Shown: positions 44,798 to 54,314 of the stretch, in pieces
Layout: every line of letters begins with the position of its first letter
Position numbering within the stretch: the stretch's first letter is position 1
Assembly: GCA_964580105.1 (NCBI GenBank)
Contig: CAZOJJ010000008.1
Coordinates: 1,358 to 65,357, forward strand
DNA length: 64,000 nt
Direction: 5' to 3'
Source of the DNA: an uncultured Rhodothermales bacterium
GTDB lineage: Bacteria; Bacteroidota; Rhodothermia; Rhodothermales; Rubricoccaceae
Notes under the pieces: generated by a model
Told to the model about the DNA's origin: nothing
What the model saw: the letters and a program-made list of their open reading frames with translations, nothing else
Databases searched by the model: none
Made by a program: the position numbers and the translations under genes

Positions 44798-45790
44798 ATG
44801 CGCGCCCTCGTCCTCCACCGCGACGCCGACACCGTCACCCCCGTCCTCGAATCCGTCGAAACCGACCGTCTGCCCGAGGGCGACGTGCTCGTAGACGTGG
44901 CCTATTCGAGCCTGAACTACAAGGACGGCCTCGCCGTTACGAACCGGGGCAAGATCATCCGGGGCGACTTCCCGTTCGTGCCGGGCATCGACCTGGCCGG
45001 GACGGTGGCGGCGTCGGAAACGGAGGCCTTCCGCGAGGGCGACCGGGTGATCCTGACGGGGTGGGGGACGGGCGAAGATCGGTGGGGCGGTTACGCGGAG
45101 CAGGCGCGGGCGCGGGCCGACCACCTCGTCCGGCTCCCCGACGGGATGACGCTCCAGGACGCCATGTTCGTTGGCACCGCCGGGTTCACGGCCATGCTGA
45201 GCGTGCTCGCGCTCGAAGCGATGGGCGTCGAGCCCGCGATGGGGCCCGTCGTCGTCACCGGGGCCTCCGGCGGCGTGGGCTCGATGGCCGTGGCGCTGCT
45301 GGCCCACGCCGGCTTCGAGGTCGCCGCCGCGACGGGCACGCCCGAGGCGCACGGCTATCTCCGCGCCCTCGGCGCCGCCGAGATTCTGGGCCGCGCCGAG
45401 CTGGCCGAGCCGCCGAAGCACCCGATGGGCCCCGGCCGGTGGGCCGGCGCCGTGGACTCCGTGGGCGGGACCACACTCGCCTCGATCATCGCGACGACCC
45501 GGCGGCACGGGTGCGTCGCCGCGTGCGGGCTGGCGGGCGGGCACGCCCTCCACACGACGGTCTTTCCGTTCATCCTGCGCGGGGTCGTCCTCTACGGCAT
45601 CGACTCCAACACGGCCACGCCCGAACGACGTACGCAGGCGTGGGAGCGCCTCGCGGCGGCGCTCCGCAACGGCGCGCTGGACGCCGTCGAGCGCACGGTC
45701 ATCGGCCTGGACGAGGTGATCGCCTGGAGCGAGCGGATCGTGCGCGGCGAGACGCGCGGGCGCGTGGTCGTCGAGGTGCAGGGAGAATGA
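44798..45790 (+). CDS. YhdH/AcuI-type MDR-family NADPH:quinone/acrylyl-CoA reductase
   Basis: VAYSSLNYKDGLAVTNRGKIIRGDFPFVPGIDLAGTV...GGYAE...VVVTGASGGVGSMAV...GRVVVEV; about 330 aa, typical of YhdH. Confidence 0.85.
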   Translation: MRALVLHRDADTVTPVLESVETDRLPEGDVLVDVAYSSLNYKDGLAVTNRGKIIRGDFPFVPGIDLAGTVAASETEAFREGDRVILTGWGTGEDRWGGYAEQARARADHLVRLPDGMTLQDAMFVGTAGFTAMLSVLALEAMGVEPAMGPVVVTGASGGVGSMAVALLAHAGFEVAAATGTPEAHGYLRALGAAEILGRAELAEPPKHPMGPGRWAGAVDSVGGTTLASIIATTRRHGCVAACGLAGGHALHTTVFPFILRGVVLYGIDSNTATPERRTQAWERLAAALRNGALDAVERTVIGLDEVIAWSERIVRGETRGRVVVEVQGE

Positions 45791-47025
45791 GCGAGGGAGC
45801 GGCGAGGAAAGGGAGAGAGGGAGCGGGCGTGCTGCCTTCCCGCACCTTCTCGCCGTGGCAGCGGGCGATGCCGCCGGCCGTGTGCGACGTCGCCGTCGTG
45901 GGCGGCGGCATCATGGCGGCGGCGACGGCGTACGCGCTCCGCCGGCTCGATCCGTCGCTGCGCGTGGCGCTGCTGGAAGCGGAGACGCTGGCGTTCGGCG
46001 CGAGCGGGCGGAACGCCGGTTTCCTCCTCCTGGGCACGCACACCGACTACGCCTCGGCCGTCGAGGCGTACGGCCGGGACCGCGCCCGCCGGCTCTGGCG
46101 CTTCACGGCCGAGAACGCCGCGCTCGTCCGCGACGAACTGGACGGCCGCGCCTTCGACCTCCGCTTCACCGGAAACGTCCTGGCCGCCGGCGACGCCGCC
46201 GAGGCGGAGCGGCTCCGCCGGGCGACGGCCCTGCTGGCCGAGGACGGCGTCGAGACGGAGTACGTGGACGGCGAGGCGGCCAACGCGCGGCTGGGCACGC
46301 GCGGCTTTGCAGGCGTGCAGTTCGTCTCCGAAGGCGGCACGCTGCACCCGGCAAAGCTCGTCCGTCACCTCGCCGCCCTCAGCGGCGCGACCGTGCTGGA
46401 GGGATGGCCCGTGGATCGGATCGCGGCCGACGGCGCGGGCGTCCGCCTCGGTGGTCCGTCGGGCACGCTCACGGCCGGGCAGGTGGTGCTGACGCTGAAC
46501 GCCTACCTCCCCCGGCTCGTCCCCGAGGCCGCCCGGTTCGTCCGTCCCGTCCGCGCCCAGATGCTCGCCACCGCGCCCGTCGCGCCGGTGACCGACCGGC
46601 CCGTCTACTCGCACGAGGGGTTCTACTACCTCCGCCAGCAACCCGACGGGCGGCTGCTCCTCGGCGGCGCGCGCCACCGCCACGTCGAGGCCGAGGTCGG
46701 CTACGCCGACCTGACGACCGGGGCGCTCCAGGCCGACCTCCTGACCTACCTCCGCGACCACTTCCCGGCCGCCGGCGCGCCCGCCGTCGAGCGGCGGTGG
46801 AGCGGGACGATGGGCTTCTCGCCCGACAGCCTGCCCGTCGTGGGCGCGGTGCCGGGCGTGCCGGGCGCGCGCTTCGCCACGGGCTTCACCGGGCACGGGA
46901 TGGGCTTCGGCGTGCGGTTCGGCTACCTCCTTGCCCGGACGGTTCTCGGCCAGACGGATGACGCGGCCGACCTTTTCGATGCCGTCCGCTTCGGGGCACC
47001 CGGCGGGAACGTCGTTCGTTCGTAG
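45787..47025 (+). CDS. FAD-dependent oxidoreductase (DAO family)
   Basis: The dinucleotide motif DVAVVGGGIMAAATAYAL, then GASGRNAGF, and the C-terminal GFTGHGMGFG. ATG 45787 overlaps the upstream stop (ATGA). A later ATG (MPPAV) is also possible. Confidence 0.8.
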   Translation: MSEGAARKGREGAGVLPSRTFSPWQRAMPPAVCDVAVVGGGIMAAATAYALRRLDPSLRVALLEAETLAFGASGRNAGFLLLGTHTDYASAVEAYGRDRARRLWRFTAENAALVRDELDGRAFDLRFTGNVLAAGDAAEAERLRRATALLAEDGVETEYVDGEAANARLGTRGFAGVQFVSEGGTLHPAKLVRHLAALSGATVLEGWPVDRIAADGAGVRLGGPSGTLTAGQVVLTLNAYLPRLVPEAARFVRPVRAQMLATAPVAPVTDRPVYSHEGFYYLRQQPDGRLLLGGARHRHVEAEVGYADLTTGALQADLLTYLRDHFPAAGAPAVERRWSGTMGFSPDSLPVVGAVPGVPGARFATGFTGHGMGFGVRFGYLLARTVLGQTDDAADLFDAVRFGAPGGNVVRS

Positions 47026-47063
47026 GTTTCACCGGACCGCACCCCTCCTTCCAACCCACGCCG

Positions 47064-47762
47064 ATGAACACCTACGCCACCGCCGGCACCCCCGTTGCCG
47101 CCCTCGACACCGAGGCGCGGGCGACGTTCATGCTCCGGACCTACCTCCACCTGTTCGGTGCCATCCTCGCCTTCGCCGCCGTCGAGTACGCGCTCTTCGC
47201 GAGCGGGCTGGCGGCCCCCATCGCCGAGACGATGCTGAGCGGGAGCTGGCTCCTCGTGCTCGGCGGCTTCGTGATCGTGAGCTGGCTGGCTTCGAACACG
47301 GCCCACCGCGCCGAGTCGAAGGCGGCGCAGTACCTCGCCCTCGGCGGGTTCATCCTCGCCGAGGCGCTGATCTTCGTGCCGCTCCTGTTCGTGGCGGCCT
47401 ACTACACCAACGATCCCGGCGTCATCAACAAGGCGGCGTGGGTGACGCTTCTCGGCTTCTCCGGCCTCACGGCCGTCGCCTACACGACCCGGAAGGACTT
47501 CTCCTTCCTCGGCGGCCTCCTTCGCTGGGCCTTCGTCCTCGCCCTCGTCGCCATCGTGGCGGGGGTGATTTTCGGGTTCGAACTCGGGACGTGGTTCTCC
47601 GTCGCGATGATCGGCCTCGCGGGCGCGGCCATCCTGTACGACACCTCGAAGGTGATGTACCACTACCCCGAGGACCGCTACGTGGCGGCCTCGCTGGAGC
47701 TCTTCGCCTCGGTGGCGCTGATGTTCTGGTACGTCCTCCGCCTGTTCATGAGCCGGGACTGA
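47064..47762 (+). CDS. Bax inhibitor-1/YccA-family membrane protein
   Basis: Seven hydrophobic helices with FMLRTYLHL...ILAEALIFVPLL...AILYDTSKVM...ASLELFASVALMFWYVLRLF. Confidence 0.88.
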   Translation: MNTYATAGTPVAALDTEARATFMLRTYLHLFGAILAFAAVEYALFASGLAAPIAETMLSGSWLLVLGGFVIVSWLASNTAHRAESKAAQYLALGGFILAEALIFVPLLFVAAYYTNDPGVINKAAWVTLLGFSGLTAVAYTTRKDFSFLGGLLRWAFVLALVAIVAGVIFGFELGTWFSVAMIGLAGAAILYDTSKVMYHYPEDRYVAASLELFASVALMFWYVLRLFMSRD

Positions 47763-47785
47763 GCCGCCGGCTCACGACGAGATCG

Positions 47786-47825
47786 GCGGGGGCGCCCGGT
47801 CGGGCGCCCGGTCGGGCGCCCCCGC
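47786..47825. terminator. G+C-rich hairpin between convergent genes, built around a 12-bp direct repeat
   Basis: 12-bp arms gcgggggcgccc (47786-47797) and gggcgcccccgc (47814-47825). Internally, gggcgcccggtc occurs at 47790-47801 and again at 47802-47813, plus a partial third copy. Confidence 0.5.
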
Positions 47826-47830
47826 GCGTT

Positions 47831-48244
47831 TCAGGGCTCGACGACCTCGGCGCCGGCCCGCTTCAGGTCGGCGTAGCCGCCGGCGTTGTAGAGCGTGGTG
47901 AAGCCCATCTCCCGCATGATCTCGGCGGCCTGCCGACTCCGGTTGCCCGAGCGGCAGTAGAGGTAGACCGGCGTCGTGCGGTCGAGCGACTCGACCCGTG
48001 CGCGGAAGTCGGCCGCGCCGACGTTCACGTTGCGGGCGCCGACGAGGTGGCCGTCGGCGTACTCACCGGGCGTGCGCACGTCGAGGACGACGGCGCCGGG
48101 CTCGCGCTCCGCGACGAAGTCGGACGGTGCGAGCTGGACGATGGGGGTGGCTGCCGCCTCCGAGGCGGGCGGGGCCGGTTCGGGCTGGCAGCCGCCGGTG
48201 AGCGGCAGGGACAGGGTGAGGGCGAGGAAGAGGACGGAGCGCAT
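47831..48244 (-). CDS. Rhodanese-domain lipoprotein
   Basis: Lipobox LPLTGGC, then VVLDVRTPGEYADGHLVGARNV...VYLYCRSGNRSRQAAEIM (active-site CRSGNRS). Confidence 0.88.
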   Translation of the reverse strand: MRSVLFLALTLSLPLTGGCQPEPAPPASEAAATPIVQLAPSDFVAEREPGAVVLDVRTPGEYADGHLVGARNVNVGAADFRARVESLDRTTPVYLYCRSGNRSRQAAEIMREMGFTTLYNAGGYADLKRAGAEVVEP

Positions 48245-48261
48245 GGGGGACCTCGGTGGAG

Positions 48262-49005
48262 TCAGGGGGCGGCCCAGTGCGTGTGCAGGACCGCCAGTTC
48301 GATGCCATCCGCCGCGCGGCGGAGGCGGTGGGCGTACGAATCCGCACCGCACGACGCGGTTTCCACCACGACCGTGTCGCCTGCAGCGGCCTCGGCCTTG
48401 AAGAGCGCGTCGAACGCGGCGAGCCGTTTCGACGCCGCTACGTCTTCGGTCACGCCTTCGAGCGCCCACTCGACGAAACGAACGTTGTTGGCGTGGCCGT
48501 TCCGGTCGAGGTCGGCGCGTCGGACGGAGAAGCGGCATTCGGCAGCGGCCTCCTCGGGAGCCGTCGGCGGCGCGGCGGGCGGAAGCGCTCGGGGGGCGAC
48601 GGGCACGCGGATGGCGCGGACCGACGCGGGCAGCCGGGCCGGGCGGCGGCGGGCCACGTCGAGGACGAGCCAGGTGCTCACGGCGTGGGCGAGGGGCACG
48701 CCGCCCTCGCCGCGAAAGACGAAGTCGCGCTCCGCGCGGAGGCCGTCCTCGGCGCTCGGCCACGTCTCGACCCCGACGGCCTCGCGCCAGTCGGGGAAGC
48801 GGTCCACGCGCATCCGCAGGCGGTGGAGCACCCACGCGCCCGGCCCGTGCCCGAGGTCGAACGACTCGACGCCGAGGGCGCGGGCGTGGTTGCCGGCGGC
48901 CTCCTGGGCGTAGTCGCAGAGGGTGAGGACGCGGGCGCGCTCGTCCGGGCCGATCTCGTAGGCCCGGACGGAGAACGACTCGGTCCAGAGGGCGGGGGCG
49001 GTCAC
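48262..49005 (-). CDS. Acyl-ACP thioesterase family protein
   Basis: FSVRAYEIGPDERARVLTLCDYAQEAAGNHA...WVLHRLRMRV...VRRADLDRNGHANNVRFVEWALE. This is a double hotdog arrangement. The start is GTG at 49005. Confidence 0.8.
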   Translation of the reverse strand: MTAPALWTESFSVRAYEIGPDERARVLTLCDYAQEAAGNHARALGVESFDLGHGPGAWVLHRLRMRVDRFPDWREAVGVETWPSAEDGLRAERDFVFRGEGGVPLAHAVSTWLVLDVARRRPARLPASVRAIRVPVAPRALPPAAPPTAPEEAAAECRFSVRRADLDRNGHANNVRFVEWALEGVTEDVAASKRLAAFDALFKAEAAAGDTVVVETASCGADSYAHRLRRAADGIELAVLHTHWAAP

Positions 49006-49089
49006 CGGCAGGCGAACGCGATGAGTGGGCGGGCTCGCCTGCCGGATTCGCAGCGCGGCGGCTTCATGTCCTGCAGGAATAGGCGGAGC

Positions 49090-51021
49090 CTATTTCAGCA
49101 GCGTCACCCGGCGGCTTTCGGCGAAGCGCTCACCGACCACGCGGACGACGTAGGGACCCGTCGCCAGGCCGGTCCCGTCGAGCGAGAACGTGCGCGTGGC
49201 GTCGGCGTCCATCGCGCCGTCGAACAGCGTGGCGACGCGCTGCCCGAGCACGTTGTAGAGCGCAACCGACACGTGCTGGGTCTGGGCGACGGCGAGGTCG
49301 AAGTGGGCGTGCGGGTTGAACGGGTTGGGGTAGACGGCGGAGAGCCGGTGCGTGCCCGGCGTGCCGATGGTGGCCTCGACCGTGCCGACGACCTCGAACC
49401 GTCCGTCGAAGTCGAGTTGCTTGAGGCGGAAGGTGTGCGTGCCGACGCCGAGATCGCGCGCCGCGAAGACGTAGGTCTGCGCCTCGGTCGTGGTGCCATG
49501 GCCCTCGACGAAGCCGAGCGGGGCCCAGTCGTCGCCCTGGCGCATCTGCACCTCGAAGCCGGCGTTGTTGGTCTCCGAGGCCGTCTCCCAGCGGAGGGTG
49601 ACCTCCGAGCCGCTGGTCGTCGCCGTGAACGCGGTCAGCTCGACGGGAATCGGACCGGTGGGGTCGACCTTCTGGGCGTAGATGTCGTCGTTGCCCGCGC
49701 GGTCGTCCTGCCACGCGAGCGCCACCTCGTCGTCCGCGAGGCGGGTTGCCGCGAGCCTCGACTTCGAACTCGGCGTGATCGACACGTCGAACGGGGAGAC
49801 GGTGACGCCGCCGGCGTGGGCGCCTGCGCCGGCGTCCGAGACCGTCGCGCCCAACAGCTGGTCCAGCCCGAAGCCCGGCGAGTCGTTCCAGAAGACGAAG
49901 GCGCCGGGGCCGCCCCGGACGGTGCGCACGTTGGTGACGGCGTCGGGGCTCAGCGCCACGAGTTCGAGCCCGTCGTCGGTCCACAGGCGGTTGCCGGCGG
50001 CGTCCACCTTCTGGCCGTAGAGCCCCTGCATGCTCTGATTCCCGTTCAGCTCCGTCCAGAAGACGTAGATGTCGCCGGTGGCGGGGTCGTAGTCGGCGTC
50101 CGGGGCGACGCGCTGCTGCGCGGCGTTCGTCGAGACGGGCACGCCGTCGTGGGCGAAGGCCTCGGAGCCGTCGGGGAGGATGTGCTGGACGTAGCTCTGG
50201 AGGCTGCCGGCCACGCTGTACCAGGCGAAGACGCCGCCGCCCGCGCCGTCGGGGACGAACGTGGGGAAGTTGCCGATCTGGAGCGAGCCGCCGTCGAAGA
50301 CGGCCACCGGCCCCCAGAGCGTCGCGCCCGTGGCGTCGAACTTCTGGGCGAGGAGGTGCTTCGGGGCGGTGATGATGCCGGTCTGGTGGACGAGCGAGAG
50401 GAGCACGTCGGTGCCGTGGGCGTGGAGGTCGCTGGCCGTGTACGAGCCGACGGGGGGCGTGAGGACCACGTCGGAGGCCCACTGGGGCACGCCGTCGGCG
50501 TCGAGCTTCTGGAGGTGGACGCTGGCGTCGTCGGACCACGCCACGACCGAGCCGCCGTCGCTCGTGCCGGTGATCTTCGGGTTGGCGACGAAGCCGGACG
50601 TGTTCGTGAGGACGACCCCGTTCGGCCCCCAGGGCTGGTCGCCCGCGGGCGTGACCTGGGCGGCGGTGATCTGGACGCCCGTGCCTCGGTCGTCGCGGAA
50701 CGTCAGCAGTGCGTTGCCCGCCGCATCGACGGCGAGGTCGTAGTCCACGGTCGAGCTGAAGCCACGGTCGGCGACGAGGACGCCGTTGTGGGGGAAGACC
50801 TCGTGCCCGCTCGCGTCGAGCTTCTGAACGCGCACGTCGAAGCCCGCGCCGTCGAACCAGCTGACGTAGACGCCGCCGTCCGGGGCGGGCGCGATCTTGG
50901 GCTGGACCTGGCTGCCCGCGCCGTCGGCGACGGACAGGTTCAGCGCCGGGTTGGGGGACCACTGGGCGAGGGCCGGGGAGGCGAGGGCGAGGAGCCCGAG
51001 GAGCAGGAGGGAGGTTCGCAT
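49090..51021 (-). CDS. Secreted repeat-rich (propeller-like) protein with a T9SS C-terminal sorting domain
   Basis: Signal peptide MRTSLLLLGLLALASPALAQ, reiterated ...QKLDA.G...W motifs, a VELTAFTATTSGSEVTLRWETASETNNAGFEV domain, and the terminal YPNPFNPHAHFDLAV...VALYNVLGQRVATLFDG...LATGPYVVRVVGERFAESRRVTLLK. The track ORF continues to 53976, but that part is antisense shadow of polA. Confidence 0.88.
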   Translation of the reverse strand: MRTSLLLLGLLALASPALAQWSPNPALNLSVADGAGSQVQPKIAPAPDGGVYVSWFDGAGFDVRVQKLDASGHEVFPHNGVLVADRGFSSTVDYDLAVDAAGNALLTFRDDRGTGVQITAAQVTPAGDQPWGPNGVVLTNTSGFVANPKITGTSDGGSVVAWSDDASVHLQKLDADGVPQWASDVVLTPPVGSYTASDLHAHGTDVLLSLVHQTGIITAPKHLLAQKFDATGATLWGPVAVFDGGSLQIGNFPTFVPDGAGGGVFAWYSVAGSLQSYVQHILPDGSEAFAHDGVPVSTNAAQQRVAPDADYDPATGDIYVFWTELNGNQSMQGLYGQKVDAAGNRLWTDDGLELVALSPDAVTNVRTVRGGPGAFVFWNDSPGFGLDQLLGATVSDAGAGAHAGGVTVSPFDVSITPSSKSRLAATRLADDEVALAWQDDRAGNDDIYAQKVDPTGPIPVELTAFTATTSGSEVTLRWETASETNNAGFEVQMRQGDDWAPLGFVEGHGTTTEAQTYVFAARDLGVGTHTFRLKQLDFDGRFEVVGTVEATIGTPGTHRLSAVYPNPFNPHAHFDLAVAQTQHVSVALYNVLGQRVATLFDGAMDADATRTFSLDGTGLATGPYVVRVVGERFAESRRVTLLK

Positions 51022-51162
51022 GGAAAACCGGATGGATGGGTGGGCCGAGTTTAGGCCCCGCCTCGCGCCCGTGCAACCCGGCGGCCGGGGGCGCCTCGGG
51101 CGCCGCCGGAACGCTGTCACCCTCGGGCGGTAGCTTCCCGACCGACCCCGACCGTCCCGCCG

Positions 51163-54100
51163 ATGTCCGACCAGCCCTCGCTCTTCGATCCCGCCGCGCC
51201 CGCCCCGGAGGCCGACATCGAAGTCACCCTGCCCGACGACCTCGACGAGGCGCCCGGGGCGGCGGGGCCGGGAGGAGAGGAGCGCGAGACGCTCTTCCTC
51301 TGCGACGCCTTCGCCCTCGCCTACCGCGCCTTCTTCTCGATGAAGAACGCCACGCTCACGGCGCCGGACGGGACCGACACCCGCACGCTCTACGGCTTCA
51401 CGAGCGCGCTGCTCAAGCTGCTCGAAGACCACCAGCCCGAGCACATCGCCGTCGTCTTCGACAAGCTCGGCGGCAAGCCCACCTTCCGCGATCAGCTCTA
51501 CGACGCCTACAAGGCGCATCGCCCGCCGATGCCGGTCGAGATCAAGAGCAACATCGCGCTCATGAAGCGGCTCGTCGAGGCGTTCGACATCCCCGTCATC
51601 GAGGTCGAGGGCGTCGAGGCCGACGACGTGATCGGCACGCTCGCCAAGCGCGCCGAGGCCGAGGGCGTCCGCGCCGTCATCTTCTCGCCCGACAAGGACT
51701 TCCGCCAGCTCCTCTCGGACTGCGTCTGCATGCTCCGCCCGCCCTACATGGGCGAGACGTTCGACCAGGAGACGCCCGAGACCTTCGCCGAGAAGTACGG
51801 CGGCCTCGAACCCCGCCAGTTCATCGACCTCCTCGCGCTCATGGGCGACGCGGCCGACAACGTGCCGGGCGTGCCGGGCATCGGCGAAAAGACGGCCGTC
51901 CAGCTCATCGCCGAGTACGGCTCGGTCGAGAACCTCATCGAGCACGCGGCCGAGCTCAAGGGCAAGCGCGCCCGCGAGGGGATGACCAACCACGCCGAGG
52001 ACGCGCTGCTCTCCAAGCGGCTCGTCACCATCGCCACCGACGTCGAGCTCGACCTCGACTGGCACACGCTCCGCCGCACCGACCCCGACCTCGACGCCAT
52101 CGAGGCGCTCTTCAACGAGGTCGGTTTCGGCGCGCGCCTGTGGAGCCGCGTCAAAGCCTACGCCGCCGGCGAATCCCGCCGCACGCGCGCCCGCACGCTC
52201 CTCCCCGAAGACGACCCCTCCCTCGCCTTCGACTTCGGCCCCTACGAGCCGGTCCGGGCGATGGAGGTGGGCGCGGTGGACTACACGACCGTCCTGGCGA
52301 AGGCCGACCTCGGCGTCGCGACGGGCCTGGTCGAAGGCCGCGACGCCTTCAGCTTCGACACCGAGACGACGTCCATAGACCCGATGATGGCCTCGCTCGT
52401 GGGCGTCTCGCTGGCGGCCGAGCCGAAGAAGGCGGCCTACGTCCCCACGCCGATGCCGGACGGCACGCCCACCGAGGCCGTCCTCGACGCGCTCCGGCCC
52501 GTGCTGGAGGACGAGGCGACGCTCAAGATCGGCCACAACGTGAAGTACGACCTCCTCGTGCTCCGCCGCCACGGCGTCGAGGTGCGCGGGCCGGTGTTCG
52601 ACACGATGGTGGCGCACTACCTCGTCAACCCGGAGGCCAGCCACAAGCTCGACGACGTCGCCAGCTTCTACCTCAACTACCGGCCGCAGCCGATCACCGA
52701 GCTGATCGGGACGGGCAAGAACGCGATCTCGATGCGCGACGTGCCCATCGAGCAGGTCGGCCCCTACGCCTGCGAGGACGCCGACGTGGCCCTCCGCCTC
52801 GTGCCCGTCCTGCACGAGAAGCTGGAGGCCGACGGGCTGCTGGAGATCGCCGAGACCATCGAGTTCCCGCTCGTGCCCGTCCTCGCCGACATCGAGGCGG
52901 CCGGGGTCAAGGTGGACGTGGCCGTCCTCGACGAGATCCGCGTCCAGCTCGAACGCCAGCTCGAGGAGCAGGAGGCGAAGATCTACGAACTCGCCGGGCG
53001 CACGTTCGCCATCGGCTCGACCAAGCAGCTCGGCGAGGTTCTCTTCAACCCGCCGCCGACGCCGGAAGAGCGCGAGGCCGCCGCCGCGTGGGCCCGGGAG
53101 ATGGCCGACCCCGACACCTCGCTCACCAAGAAGGAGCTCGCCGAGCGGGCGCCCACGTTCGGCCTCGGCCTCGCGCCGCTCGGCAAGACCGCCACCGGCA
53201 AGCCGAAGACGGACGAGAAGGTGCTCCAGGAACTTGCCCAGGAGCATCCCCTCCCGGCTCTCGTGCTCGACTGGCGCAAGGTCGCCAAGCTCAAGAACAC
53301 CTACGTCGACAAGCTGCCGGAGCTCATCCACCCCGAGACCGGCCGCGTCCACACCGACTTCAACCAGACCATCGCGGCCACCGGCCGCCTCTCGTCGTCC
53401 AATCCCAACCTCCAGAACATCCCCATCCGCACCGACCTCGGGAAGGAGATCCGCAAGGCGTTCGTGGCCGAGCCGGGCTGCAAGCTGCTCTCGGCGGACT
53501 ACGCCCAGATCGAGCTCCGCATCATCGCGCACATGAGCGGCGACGCCAGGCTCATCGAGGCCTTCCGCGAGGGGCGCGACATCCACACCGCCACCGCCGC
53601 GACGGTCTTCGAGGTGGACTACGACGCCGTCACGCGCGCCCAGCGCGACCGCGTCAAGCAGGTCAACTACGGCATCCCCTACGGCATCTCGGCCTTCGGC
53701 CTCGCGCAGCGCCTCCGCATCGGCAACAAGGAGGCGCAGGACCTCATCGACCAGTACCGCGCCTCCTACCCGGACGTGATCCGCTTCCTCGACGGGCTGA
53801 TCGAGGACGCCCGCGAGCGGGGCTACGTGGAGACGCTGCTCGGGCGCCGCCGCTACGTGCCGCAGATCACGAGCCGCAACCCCAACGACCGCGCCTACGC
53901 CGAGCGCATCGCGGTGAACATGCCCATCCAGGGCACGCAGGCCGACATGATCAAGCTCGCGATGGTGGCCATCCACGCGCGGCTCAAGCGCGAGGGGCTG
54001 GCGTCACGGATGATCCTGCAGGTCCACGACGAGCTGGTCTTCGAGGTGCCCGAGGCGGAGGTGGAGGCGGTCACGGCGCTCGTGCGCGAGGAGATGAAGG

Positions 54101-54171
54101 GGGCCATGCCGCTCGACGTGCCCGTCGTCGTGGACGTGGGCGTGGCGGACAACTGGCTGGACGCGCACTGA
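51163..54171 (+). CDS. polA: DNA polymerase I
   Basis: A 5' nuclease (LFLCDAFALAYRAFF...GIGEKTA), a 3'-5' exonuclease-like domain (FSFDTETTS) and polymerase motifs (RVHTDFNQTIAATGRLSSSNPNLQNIP, LLSADYAQIELRIIAH, QVHDELVFE). Confidence 0.97.
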   Translation: MSDQPSLFDPAAPAPEADIEVTLPDDLDEAPGAAGPGGEERETLFLCDAFALAYRAFFSMKNATLTAPDGTDTRTLYGFTSALLKLLEDHQPEHIAVVFDKLGGKPTFRDQLYDAYKAHRPPMPVEIKSNIALMKRLVEAFDIPVIEVEGVEADDVIGTLAKRAEAEGVRAVIFSPDKDFRQLLSDCVCMLRPPYMGETFDQETPETFAEKYGGLEPRQFIDLLALMGDAADNVPGVPGIGEKTAVQLIAEYGSVENLIEHAAELKGKRAREGMTNHAEDALLSKRLVTIATDVELDLDWHTLRRTDPDLDAIEALFNEVGFGARLWSRVKAYAAGESRRTRARTLLPEDDPSLAFDFGPYEPVRAMEVGAVDYTTVLAKADLGVATGLVEGRDAFSFDTETTSIDPMMASLVGVSLAAEPKKAAYVPTPMPDGTPTEAVLDALRPVLEDEATLKIGHNVKYDLLVLRRHGVEVRGPVFDTMVAHYLVNPEASHKLDDVASFYLNYRPQPITELIGTGKNAISMRDVPIEQVGPYACEDADVALRLVPVLHEKLEADGLLEIAETIEFPLVPVLADIEAAGVKVDVAVLDEIRVQLERQLEEQEAKIYELAGRTFAIGSTKQLGEVLFNPPPTPEEREAAAAWAREMADPDTSLTKKELAERAPTFGLGLAPLGKTATGKPKTDEKVLQELAQEHPLPALVLDWRKVAKLKNTYVDKLPELIHPETGRVHTDFNQTIAATGRLSSSNPNLQNIPIRTDLGKEIRKAFVAEPGCKLLSADYAQIELRIIAHMSGDARLIEAFREGRDIHTATAATVFEVDYDAVTRAQRDRVKQVNYGIPYGISAFGLAQRLRIGNKEAQDLIDQYRASYPDVIRFLDGLIEDARERGYVETLLGRRRYVPQITSRNPNDRAYAERIAVNMPIQGTQADMIKLAMVAIHARLKREGLASRMILQVHDELVFEVPEAEVEAVTALVREEMKGAMPLDVPVVVDVGVADNWLDAH

Positions 54172-54193
54172 CGGCTTCCGCTGTTCCACCTGT

Positions 54194-54284
54194 GTCATCC
54201 CGAGCGAAGTCGAGGGATCTCTGCCGGCTCCCGGGCTCCTCCGGGGCAGAGATCCTTCGACTTGCTACGCTCGCTCAGGATGAC
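54194..54284. repeat. Long imperfect palindromic element between convergent polA and the HsdR_N-like gene (REP/MITE-like, or a bidirectional terminator)
   Basis: The left arm gtcatcccgagcgaagtcgagggatctctgcc (54194-54225) pairs with the right arm ggcagagatccttcgactt-gctacgct-cgctcaggatgac (54245-54284). The right arm carries one mismatch per half and an 8-nt insertion. Confidence 0.75.
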
Positions 54285-54314
54285 GGGGAGGAGTAAATAG
54301 CTCGTCTGGCAAGG

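Noticed and set aside
49090-53976. A 1628-aa minus-strand ORF suggesting a giant protein.
   Set aside because: Only the last 643 codons, from ATG 51021, have a signal peptide and protein-like sequence. The upstream 985 codons are antisense shadow of polA.
54194-54284. Calling the palindromic element a MITE or insertion-sequence end.
   Set aside because: There is only one copy in this 64-kb window, no target-site duplication is visible, and there is no transposase. It may simply be a bidirectional terminator. A genome-wide copy count is needed.
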